From positions 1 through 15,278 of the forward strand of contig JBGAQA010000134.1 in NCBI GenBank assembly GCA_044220955.1: a stretch of DNA of 15,278 nucleotides, written 5' to 3'. The notes below the pieces were generated by a model, which was not told the DNA's origin, did not search any database, and saw only the letters and a program-made list of their open reading frames with translations. Source of the stretch: Sandaracinaceae bacterium. Lineage in GTDB: Bacteria > Myxococcota_A > Polyangia > Polyangiales > Sandaracinaceae. Of this stretch, positions 1 to 9,046 are shown piece by piece (positions within the stretch are counted from its first letter, which is position 1; every line of letters starts with the position of its first letter). Position numbers and translations under genes: made by a program.

Positions 1-1122
<1,122 letters not shown>

Positions 1123-1133
1123 CCGACCGGAGA

Positions 1134-2732
1134 CTACGCCAAGGGAGGCACGCTCGGGGCGGTCGGCGGAAGAGAGACCCGGTTTCGCCCTTCCTTCTTC
1201 GCGACGTAGACGGCGCGGTCCGCGCGCTGCACGAGGGCTGCGCCGTCCTCGCCCTCCTCCAGCTGAGCGACCCCGATGCTCACCGAGAGGTGGCCCAGGG
1301 GCTGGCCCGCCGCCGAGGGCAGACCGATGTTCGCCACGCCCTCGCGCAGCTTCTCGCCCACCTTGATCGCGTCGGGCTCGGCGGTGCGCGACAGGATCAC
1401 CACGAACTCCTCGCCGCCGTAGCGGGCGACCATGTCGACCTCGCGCAGCGACGCCTTGAGCACGCGGCTCACCTCGACGAGCGCCTCGTCGCCCGCGGCG
1501 TGACCCTCGCGGTCGTTCAGCTTCTTGAAGTGATCGACGTCGATCACCATCACGCTCAGCGGATGACCGTAGCGCTTGGCGTCGGCCATCTCGCGCGCGA
1601 GCCGGTCCTTGAACGAGCGACGGTTCGGGAGCGTCGTCAGCTCGTCGTGCGTCGACAGCTCCTCGAGCTTCGCGAAGAGGCGCGCGTTCTCGATCGCGAG
1701 CGCGGCCTGGTCGGCGAGCGCGCCCACCAGGCGCGTCTCGTGCTCGGACATGCGGTCGCTCGGCGGCCGCGTGAGCGCGAGCATCCCGATCATCTTGCCG
1801 CCCGCGCGGATCGGTACCGACATGAACGAGCCGGTCCGCTGCACCTCACCCCAGAACGCGAGGTAGCTCGGCGCGTCGCCCACGTCCGAGATGAGGACGG
1901 ACTTGCCCGTCTTGAGCGCCTCGCCGGTCGTCCCCTCGCCGGGCTCGACCTCGCGCCCGAGCACCTTCTCGGGCGCCTCGAACCCCGACACGGCGCGGAT
2001 GGTGAAGCGCCCTTCCTCGTTCTCGAGCAGGATGGCCACCTCCCGGAAGCGCATCACCGCGCCGAGACGGCTCGCGAGCATCGAGAGGACGCTGTCGAGG
2101 TCGTGCGTCTTGCTGCTCTCGCGCAGGACGTCGAAGAGCATCTGTCGCTCGCGCAGGCGCTGCTCGAGCTCGCTCGTCACGCGGGTCAGATCCTGCGAGA
2201 GCACGAGCTCGCGCGTGCTGTGATCGGGCGAGCTGCGGCTCGCGTCGCGGTCGAGCGACACGGTCCGCAGCAAGCGGTTGATCGCGAGCGTGACGCGGTC
2301 GAGCTCCTCGTCCTCGACCGGGATCGCGGTCGTCGAGCGCTCGGCCGCGCGCTGCTCGATCAGCTCCGCGACGCGCGAGAGCCGCCGCGCGAACACCCTC
2401 CGCACCACCACGAACGCCGCGATGCCGGACGCGAGCGCCGCGGCGAGCACGCCGAAGAGGGCGCGCGGGTCGGTGACCCCGCCTGCGAAGAGGGCCACCG
2501 CCACGGCTCCGCCCGCGACGAGCCCCCAGACGAGGGCCGCCACGCCCACCCGCCCCGCCACGCGGCTCCCGAGCGAGATCTCGGGCGGCGTCACGGCGGG
2601 CGGCCGCGTGATGCGTCGCGCCGTCGGCGTGGGGTCGCGACGCGCTGGGCGAGACGGAGGTGTGGAGGTGGGCACGTGCGGCCGGGAGGCGACGGAAGAA
2701 GAAGAAAGGGACGGAGCCGAGGGCTTCATCAT
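1134..2732 (-). CDS. Membrane-anchored sensor diguanylate cyclase (2 TM, HAMP-like/coiled coil, GAF, GGDEF)
   Basis: STHDELTTLPNRR, IDVDHFKKLNDREGHAAGD, RYGGEEF with a canonical RxxD I-site (REVD, five residues before GGEEF), SVSIGVA and RADRAVYVAKKEGRNR. The GAF domain (SFMSVPIRAGGKMIGMLAL) ends in QAALAIENARLF. Two hydrophobic helices lie near the N-terminus. I placed the start at the ATG-ATG at 2732/2729 because the track start (2804) overlaps the tRNA promoter -35; the start is uncertain. Confidence 0.93.
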   Translation of the reverse strand: MMKPSAPSLSSSSVASRPHVPTSTPPSRPARRDPTPTARRITRPPAVTPPEISLGSRVAGRVGVAALVWGLVAGGAVAVALFAGGVTDPRALFGVLAAALASGIAAFVVVRRVFARRLSRVAELIEQRAAERSTTAIPVEDEELDRVTLAINRLLRTVSLDRDASRSSPDHSTRELVLSQDLTRVTSELEQRLRERQMLFDVLRESSKTHDLDSVLSMLASRLGAVMRFREVAILLENEEGRFTIRAVSGFEAPEKVLGREVEPGEGTTGEALKTGKSVLISDVGDAPSYLAFWGEVQRTGSFMSVPIRAGGKMIGMLALTRPPSDRMSEHETRLVGALADQAALAIENARLFAKLEELSTHDELTTLPNRRSFKDRLAREMADAKRYGHPLSVMVIDVDHFKKLNDREGHAAGDEALVEVSRVLKASLREVDMVARYGGEEFVVILSRTAEPDAIKVGEKLREGVANIGLPSAAGQPLGHLSVSIGVAQLEEGEDGAALVQRADRAVYVAKKEGRNRVSLPPTAPSVPPLA

Positions 2733-2803
2733 GCCGGTTCGGGCCCGCGCATGCACGCCCGCGCCGCCTTGTACGCCCCGGAGGGGCGCCCTGTTCCTCG
2801 CCA

Positions 2804-2839
2804 TTGACAGAACGGCGCGATGGGAAATACTCGCGGCCC
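2804..2839 (+). promoter_or_regulatory. Sigma70-type promoter for tRNA-Met
   Basis: Perfect TTGACA (2804-2809), a 16-bp spacer, AATACT (2826-2831) and a GC-rich discriminator (cgcggccc); the -10 lies 12 nt upstream of the tRNA. This layout is typical of stable-RNA promoters. Confidence 0.7.
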
Positions 2840-2843
2840 TTTC

Positions 2844-2917
2844 GGCGACGTAGCTCAGCTGGTTAGAGCGGGCGTTTCATACGCGCTAGGTCAGTGGTTC
2901 GATTCCACTCGTCGCCA
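2844..2917 (+). tRNA. tRNA-Met (CAT), elongator type; CCA not encoded
   Basis: Acceptor stem GGCGACG/CGTCGCC with discriminator A; D arm GCTC-AGCTGGTTA-GAGC; anticodon arm GGCGT-TTCATAC-GCGCT; T arm AGTGG-TTCGATT-CCACT. The paired G1:C72 and the absence of three consecutive G:C pairs in the anticodon stem exclude the initiator. The TTCATAC loop and GGCG start favour elongator Met over Ile2. Confidence 0.95.
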
Positions 2918-2937
2918 TCCGAAAGCTCCACGGGAAC

Positions 2938-3786
2938 GTGCCCCGCCAGCGAATCGCTCCGGTCGCCGCCCTCGCAGGTCTCGGGGTCCTCGCGGTGGCG
3001 CTCGCGCTGCTCGCTCGGAGCACGGGCGAGGGGCTCGAGGAGCGTCGCGCGGCGGTCCTCGACGCAGGGACGTGGGCCGGCGACGGCGGCGGCCCCCCCG
3101 AGGCGTCCGGCCTCGACGCTGCGATCGCGCACGGCGCGGGGGAAGACGCCGCCCCGCGCGGCGAACGGTACGCGTGCGCCCTGCCGGACCTGCCCGTCAC
3201 CCGCGATGCTCGCTGCGATGCGGGCGCGCCCTACCCCGCGTGTCGCTGGCAGCTCCCGGACACCGCGGCGGCGGGCGGGCTCTACGTCGTGTGGCGCAGC
3301 ACGACCCCGGAGCACCGCTGGGCGCGCCCCGGCCTCGTCACGCTCGTGCTCGCGGCGGCCCGCGAGTACCAAGGCCGCTGGCCGGGCGAGCATCTGACGA
3401 TCGGCGATCTCGATGCCGCGGGCCCACGACACCAGACCCACGACCGCGGCGTCGACGTCGACCTCTACCTCGAGCACGCGATGCTCGACGTCAACGAGGG
3501 CCCGCACCGCTACGTCGACAACTACGCGAGCCGCACGCCGGCCGAGGTGGCCTCCCTGCGCGAGCGCGTCACCGACCTCGCGCGCATCCTCGCGACGTGC
3601 AGCCGCGGGCGGCTGCGGATCTACTACAACGACCCCGAGGTCCTCGAGCCCTTCGTGGCCTGGTTCGCCGAGCAGGGCTTCGTCAGCGACGTCGGCCCCG
3701 CGATGACGATGCACAACCGCCTGCACCGCTTCCACTTCCACATGACCGTCCCCGAGGACCTTCCGCCCCTCGGCGGACCCGGATGA
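2938..3786 (+). CDS. Exported or membrane-anchored MepA-like (peptidase M74, LAS-type) Zn metallopeptidase; putative murein endopeptidase
   Basis: N-terminal hydrophobic segment. RWARPGLVTLV...LTIGDLDAAGPRHQTHDRGVDVDLY provides the H-x6-D motif and the C-terminal HRFHFHM provides the HxH motif, matching the MepA pattern (IGD....H.SHQ.G.D.D ... H..H.H). The GTG start is uncertain. Confidence 0.75.
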   Translation: MPRQRIAPVAALAGLGVLAVALALLARSTGEGLEERRAAVLDAGTWAGDGGGPPEASGLDAAIAHGAGEDAAPRGERYACALPDLPVTRDARCDAGAPYPACRWQLPDTAAAGGLYVVWRSTTPEHRWARPGLVTLVLAAAREYQGRWPGEHLTIGDLDAAGPRHQTHDRGVDVDLYLEHAMLDVNEGPHRYVDNYASRTPAEVASLRERVTDLARILATCSRGRLRIYYNDPEVLEPFVAWFAEQGFVSDVGPAMTMHNRLHRFHFHMTVPEDLPPLGGPG

Positions 3787-3796
3787 CGCCGAGGCC

Positions 3797-3825
3797 CGAA
3801 ACCAAGTAGGTTGTCGCTCGTCCAA
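3797..3825 (+). promoter_or_regulatory. Candidate ECF sigma-factor promoter for the A2M-like pair
   Basis: GAAAC (3798-3802), 16 bp, then CGTCCAA (3819-3825) in the 100-bp intergenic gap, about 60 nt upstream of the ATG. This matches the common ECF consensus AAC-N16-CGT(C). Confidence 0.55.
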
Positions 3826-3886
3826 GCGGGGGACGGGCGGGATCGCCCCTCCATCGCGTCACGGCGAGCCGTCGAGGAACGAACTC

Positions 3887-6800
3887 ATGATCGAACGATC
3901 GAAGCTCTGGCTGCTCTTCTCCGCGTTCTGCCTCGTCCCTGCGTCCGCGCTCGCCCAGGGCGCCGTCGAGGAAGGCGCGCACGTCGGCTACGAGATCGCG
4001 CTCTCGGGCAATCCCTCGTCCGAGCGCGGCGCGGATCTCGTCCTGACGGGCATCGCCTACGAGGTCGAGGGACTCGCGACCCTGCGGCCGACGGCGGGGC
4101 TCGAGGTCGAGGCGCGCCTCTACGCGTACCAGCCCTCGGACGGATCGCAGTACGCGGTCGTCACCAGGACCTCCCGCAGCACGGCGGGTGGACAGTTCGA
4201 CGTGACCCTTCGGCTCCCCGAGGAGACCCTGTCGAGCCCCTACCTCGAGCTGCGCGTACATCGGGTCGGGCAGCCTGGGCGCACGTTCCAGTACCCGCTC
4301 TCGCAGCTCGCGAGCCGCACCGCGACGGTGATGACCGACCGTACGCGCTACGAGCCGGGCGAGACGGTGCACGTGCTCGCGCTCGTGCGCGCGGTGCGAG
4401 ACCTCGCGCCCGTCGCGCAGCGGTCGATCCAGCTCGACGTGCTCGACCCCTCGTACACGACGTTCCTCGAGCGTGAGCTCCAGACGGGCTCGTCCGGCGC
4501 CGTGCACACCGAGGTGGAGATCCCCGAGTCGGCCGTGCCCGGCACCTACCAGATCCGCGTCTCGTTCGACCCAGCCAGCGCGCCCGTCGTGCGCAACATC
4601 GAGGTCTTCCAGCGCACCGTCGAGCGCGTGATGGCCTCGATGACCATCGATCAGGACGTCGTCGCGCCGGGCGAGCACATCACGGGCAGCGTTCACGTCA
4701 CGACGCCCTCGGGCGCCGCCGTTCGCGGAGCGGAGGTCGAGCTCCACATCGGGCGCGGCTCGGGCGAGATCACGCGGCTCGTGACGGACGCGGCCGGCAT
4801 CGCCCGCATCGACGGCACCGCGCCGAGCTTCCTCAGCGGCGAGGTGTCGATCGAGACGGCCTGGGCGCGCATCTCGCACCCGGCGTACGGGACGATCACG
4901 GCGAGCGCCTCGTTCACGCTCTCGCGCACGCGCTGGCTCGTCTCCGCGATGCCGGAGGCGGGCGGCCTCGTGCCCGAGGTGGACTCGCAGCTCTTCTTGA
5001 CGGTCAACGACGCGCGTGGTCGCCCGATCACGGCCGGTGCGACGATCGACATCGTCGGCCTCGGCCTCGCCGGTGGACGGCAGCACCTCACCGTCGACGC
5101 GCACGGCGTCGCGATCGCCACGGTCCGCCTGCCCCGCGGCGCCGCGGCGCGCCTCTCGGGCGGCGACTGCGCCGGGCGCGGCGTGTCCACCACGTTCGAG
5201 GTGGAGGTGGGCACCGTCCCGCCGATCTCGGCATCGATCTGCGCCGGCGTCGCGCTCGACGCCCAGGTGCTCGCGCGCGTGCGCGCGCCGATCGCGGCGC
5301 CGGGAGCGCGGGTCGAGGTGGATCTGCTCCGTCGGCCCTCGGCCTCCGGGCGCGTGGTGCTGCTCGAGGCTCTCTACGGATCGCGGGCGGTGGCGTCCGC
5401 GTGGGTGGCCGGCGGCGCGTCGAGCGGCGCGCTGACCATGCCCGCGGGCCTGCAGGGCGTGATCTCCATCCGCGCGCGCCCGATCGCGGCCCCCGACGCG
5501 CGCCAGCCCGTCGACCAGCCCGGGGCGACGCTCTTCGGGGTCGGCTCGTCGGCGGCCGTGCTGCTGCGCCCCGCGGACGCGTTCTCGCTCTCGGTCACGC
5601 CCGACCGCCCGCTCCACGGCGTGCGGGAGCACGCGCAGGTGGCGGTGGCGACGAGCGGCCCGCCGACGCAGACCTGGATCACGCTCGTCGCGCGCGACGA
5701 GGCGCAGCTCGACGGAGAGGGCGACTACGCCATCGAGTGGATCCTGGGCGAGCTGCGCGAGGCCGTGCGCGCGGGGCCGGGCACCGCGCACGACCGCTTC
5801 GTCCGGACGGCGCTCGCGGCCGGGCTCTCGGCCGACGTCCAGGAGACGCACGCGCCGCCGCTCGTGACCGAGCCCTGGGACGACGCGAGCCGCTACTACG
5901 GATCGGGGGAGGGCGTGCTCCGCGACCCGGTCGCGATCCGCGAGGAGCTCGTCCGCCGCGGGATCGGGCAGGCCATGGGCGCGCTCGAGGGGCAGGTGTC
6001 GCAGCTCGGCAGCGATCACGAGCTGCGCGATCAGATCACGCGCGCGGCCGGGCGCCGCGTCGAGTTCGCTCCGGACGTGCTCGCCTGGATGGTCTCGCAG
6101 GGGACGATCGACCCGGGCTCGGTGACCACGCTGGGCGGGCAGCCCATGACGGCGGCGATGCTCACGCAGGCCGATCCGAGCTTCAGCTTCGACAGCGTCG
6201 CGCGCCGCGTGGCGCGCTCGCGGCTGGTCCGGCTCCTGGTCGCGCTCTCGTCGCTGACCAACGCCGACGACGCGGCGGCGCTGCGCGCCTCGCAGGGCGC
6301 GCCGCCGGATCGCTGGCTCTCGCTGCTCGTGCAGCTCGGGATGCTCGAGCCGGACGCGCTGGTCGATCCCTGGGGCCACGCGTTCGTCCTGCGCCGCGTC
6401 ACCGGGCGGCACCCTGCCGTGGTCGTCAGCGAGCGGGCGATCGACTGGGAGCTGAGCTCGCCGGGCCCCGACGGCGTGGCGGGCAACGCCGACGACGTAC
6501 GCGATCCCTTCGCCCGCGCGGTGCCGCGCGGGACGCCCTACGCGGTGGTCTCGGGCGAGGACGCCCTCATGGTCCAGCTCTCGCAGATCGCCCCGGGCGA
6601 GCAGGTGCTCTCGGCGATGGCGCGGGCCTACCAGCGCATCGGCCTGGCGGCGCAGGAGGAGATGCGCGGAGGCATCGTGACCGCGACGGGGAGCGAGGCC
6701 TACGCCACGCCGATGGCGCCGATGGCGATGGAAGCACAGATGATGGAGGACGACGCGTCCGGCGCGGCCGCGTACGATGGCGAGGGGTACGGCATGGGCG

Positions 6801-9046
6801 GCCTCGCGTCGCGCTCGATGGCCATGGAAGCGCCCGCGCCGCCGCCCCAGACGGTGTCTCCTTCGACGCCGCCCGCCGACACGGATCACGATGGCATCCT
6901 CGACCAGGCCGACGTGATGCCCGCGATGGGCTCGCTCATCCGCGAGGACTTCCCGGCCACGCTCTTCTACCTGGGTGAGCTCGCCCTCGACGCCCAGGGC
7001 CACGCGAACATCGACGTCCCGCTGGCGGACGCGATCACCACGTATCGGATCGAGGCGATCGCCTGGACACAGTCCGGCTGGATCACGTCGGGCCGCGGCG
7101 CCGTGCGCGTGGATCAGCAGGCCACGGTCGATGCGCCGGTGCCCGAGGCGGCGACGATCGGCGATCACATCCGCATCCCCGTCCGCGTCCAGAACCGAAC
7201 GGGCGCGCCGCTGCGCGCGCGGATCGAGATCGCGGTCGAGGGAGAGATCACCGTGCAGGTCGGCGCGACCGGCGTGGTGGAGGCGCCTGCGCACGAGGCC
7301 GCCGAGCAGATCGTGGAGCTCACGCTCACCGGTCCGGGTCAGGGCGCGCTCGTGGTCCGCGCGACGACCGAGGACGGAGAGGCGCTCGACGCGGTGCGCA
7401 GGCCGATGCACGTGTACGAGGACGCGCGCCTGGTCCGACAGCACCTCGAGACCCTCGTGCAGGACGGCGCCAGCGTGACGCTGACGCTCCCGTCGCGCGC
7501 GCTCGACCGCGGCGCGGCGGAGCTACGCCTCTCGGTGGCTGGCGCCATCTTCGGCGACCCGGCGGCGCTCGCGTCGGCCGATCCCTTCTGGGGAGGCTTC
7601 GCGTACGCGATGGACGGCGAGACCCTGCCGGACGCGCTCGCGCAGCAGCTCTCCCAGTGGTGCCACTACCAAGAAGACTACGGCATCTCGCCCGATCAGT
7701 ACTTCGCCGGGCGGGATCCGTTGCAGCTCGCGCTCGCGGTCGGCGCCCTGTACACGAACGACGCGCTCGACGCTCAGTCGCTCGCGGGCGCGCTGCGCGC
7801 GATCGCGGTCGCCTTCCCCGCGTCCGACACGGCCGCGACCGACGATGCGTCGCGCTACGGCTATCCCCCGGCGCGTTCGCCCGCGAGCCTCACCTTGCTG
7901 GCGCTCGCGCCCGCGGCTCGCTCGACCGCCCGCGCCGACGGGCGCGCGCAGCTGGACGAAGTGCTCACGCTGCTGCGACGCGCCGCCGGTGCGGAGGGCG
8001 CGCAGGCGGTGGAGTCGCCCGAGGCCTGGGCGCGCGTGGCCGCGGCGCTCCTTCTGACGCGACGCCCCGGCGACGACGGCGCTCGCGCCGACGAGATGAT
8101 CCGCCGCGCGGAGCGCTCGGTGATCACGGTCGGGGACATCGCCTGGCTCGAGCCGGACGCCGAGGACGGCTCGGTCGAGCCGCGCGTCGCGCCCACGGCG
8201 CTGCTCGCGCTCGCCCGCATCGCGCGCGGCGATCGCGTCGGCGCGCTCGCGCTCGTGCGGAGCCTCGCGGAGGTCACGCGCGGCGCACCGCACTGGCCGA
8301 CGGCGCCACGCGCGTTCGCGAGCGCCGCGGCCTCGTTGCTCGCGACGGGCGTGGGCACGGGGCCACTCTCCATCACGCTCGACGGCGCGCCCGTCGAGGT
8401 CGGCAGCGACGGCGCCGTCGTCGTCGCCTCGCTGACCGAGGCCTCGCGGCCGGGCGCGCACGAGCTGCACTTCCAGCTGCCCGACGGGGCCCTGGCGCTG
8501 ATGCGCCTCGACCTGCGATACGGCCTTCCGTGGGACGTGGAGCCCGATCGCGCAGCCCCGGTGGAGATCGAGTGGTCGGGCGAGACCGGTGCGCGCGACA
8601 CGCGCTCCGGCATGTCCGTGACCGTCTTCAACCGCGGCACCCGCGTGCTCACCCGGCCGACGATCGACATCGAGATGCCCGCCGGCACCGAGCTGGACGA
8701 GCCCACGCGCGAGGCGTTCGCGGCGCTCCTGGCCGAGCCGGCGACGATCGAGGGCACGACGCTGCACCTGGTGCTCCGCCCCATGGCGCCCGCCGCCGTG
8801 ACCCGCATCCCCGTGCGCGCACGCTGGTCGCTGGCCGGCTCGCTGCGCGGGCTCGGCGTGAGCTTCGTCGACGAGGCAGGGCCGAGCGTGGACGGCATGC
8901 ACCCGACGGCGATCCTGGTGTCGCGCACGGTGGAGATCGCCGACCGCGGGCCCGAGGTGACGTCGCAGCCGGCCGACATCGCGCCCGAGCCGCAACCGCC
9001 ACCGCCACCCCCCATGCCCCGTCCCCTCGCGGAGGTGCTCCGATGA
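3887..9046 (+). CDS. Secreted alpha-2-macroglobulin-like (MG2 domain) protein A, 1719 aa, no canonical thioester, with a GspG-like insertion
   Basis: GAGGA RBS; Sec-type signal peptide ending ALA|QG; MG2 signature TDRTRYEPGETVHVLALVR (from 4334); A2M-domain signature IREDFPATLFY...DAQGHANIDVPLADAITTYRIEAIA (from about 6940); GDHIRIPVRVQNRT; a helical TED-like region; C-terminal IDIEMPAG receptor-binding-like domain. No CGEQ/CxEQ. Confidence 0.85.
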   Translation: MIERSKLWLLFSAFCLVPASALAQGAVEEGAHVGYEIALSGNPSSERGADLVLTGIAYEVEGLATLRPTAGLEVEARLYAYQPSDGSQYAVVTRTSRSTAGGQFDVTLRLPEETLSSPYLELRVHRVGQPGRTFQYPLSQLASRTATVMTDRTRYEPGETVHVLALVRAVRDLAPVAQRSIQLDVLDPSYTTFLERELQTGSSGAVHTEVEIPESAVPGTYQIRVSFDPASAPVVRNIEVFQRTVERVMASMTIDQDVVAPGEHITGSVHVTTPSGAAVRGAEVELHIGRGSGEITRLVTDAAGIARIDGTAPSFLSGEVSIETAWARISHPAYGTITASASFTLSRTRWLVSAMPEAGGLVPEVDSQLFLTVNDARGRPITAGATIDIVGLGLAGGRQHLTVDAHGVAIATVRLPRGAAARLSGGDCAGRGVSTTFEVEVGTVPPISASICAGVALDAQVLARVRAPIAAPGARVEVDLLRRPSASGRVVLLEALYGSRAVASAWVAGGASSGALTMPAGLQGVISIRARPIAAPDARQPVDQPGATLFGVGSSAAVLLRPADAFSLSVTPDRPLHGVREHAQVAVATSGPPTQTWITLVARDEAQLDGEGDYAIEWILGELREAVRAGPGTAHDRFVRTALAAGLSADVQETHAPPLVTEPWDDASRYYGSGEGVLRDPVAIREELVRRGIGQAMGALEGQVSQLGSDHELRDQITRAAGRRVEFAPDVLAWMVSQGTIDPGSVTTLGGQPMTAAMLTQADPSFSFDSVARRVARSRLVRLLVALSSLTNADDAAALRASQGAPPDRWLSLLVQLGMLEPDALVDPWGHAFVLRRVTGRHPAVVVSERAIDWELSSPGPDGVAGNADDVRDPFARAVPRGTPYAVVSGEDALMVQLSQIAPGEQVLSAMARAYQRIGLAAQEEMRGGIVTATGSEAYATPMAPMAMEAQMMEDDASGAAAYDGEGYGMGGLASRSMAMEAPAPPPQTVSPSTPPADTDHDGILDQADVMPAMGSLIREDFPATLFYLGELALDAQGHANIDVPLADAITTYRIEAIAWTQSGWITSGRGAVRVDQQATVDAPVPEAATIGDHIRIPVRVQNRTGAPLRARIEIAVEGEITVQVGATGVVEAPAHEAAEQIVELTLTGPGQGALVVRATTEDGEALDAVRRPMHVYEDARLVRQHLETLVQDGASVTLTLPSRALDRGAAELRLSVAGAIFGDPAALASADPFWGGFAYAMDGETLPDALAQQLSQWCHYQEDYGISPDQYFAGRDPLQLALAVGALYTNDALDAQSLAGALRAIAVAFPASDTAATDDASRYGYPPARSPASLTLLALAPAARSTARADGRAQLDEVLTLLRRAAGAEGAQAVESPEAWARVAAALLLTRRPGDDGARADEMIRRAERSVITVGDIAWLEPDAEDGSVEPRVAPTALLALARIARGDRVGALALVRSLAEVTRGAPHWPTAPRAFASAAASLLATGVGTGPLSITLDGAPVEVGSDGAVVVASLTEASRPGAHELHFQLPDGALALMRLDLRYGLPWDVEPDRAAPVEIEWSGETGARDTRSGMSVTVFNRGTRVLTRPTIDIEMPAGTELDEPTREAFAALLAEPATIEGTTLHLVLRPMAPAAVTRIPVRARWSLAGSLRGLGVSFVDEAGPSVDGMHPTAILVSRTVEIADRGPEVTSQPADIAPEPQPPPPPPMPRPLAEVLR

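Noticed and set aside
2844..2917. Initiator tRNA-fMet or tRNA-Ile2 identity
   Set aside because: G1:C72 is paired and there is no GGG/CCC anticodon stem. The loop and acceptor sequence fit elongator Met better, though Ile2 cannot be formally excluded without a covariance model.
3887..3955. Lipoprotein signal in the A2M-like proteins (a Cys occurs in both signal peptides)
   Set aside because: SAFC and LVVC do not fit the lipobox, which needs a small residue at -1. Both proteins have clear AxA|Q SPI sites further downstream.
7657..9042. N-terminal 462-codon extension of the 2046-aa track ORF
   Set aside because: It is an Arg-rich off-frame shadow inside protein A. The RBS, the ATGA overlap and the signal peptide place the real start at 9043.
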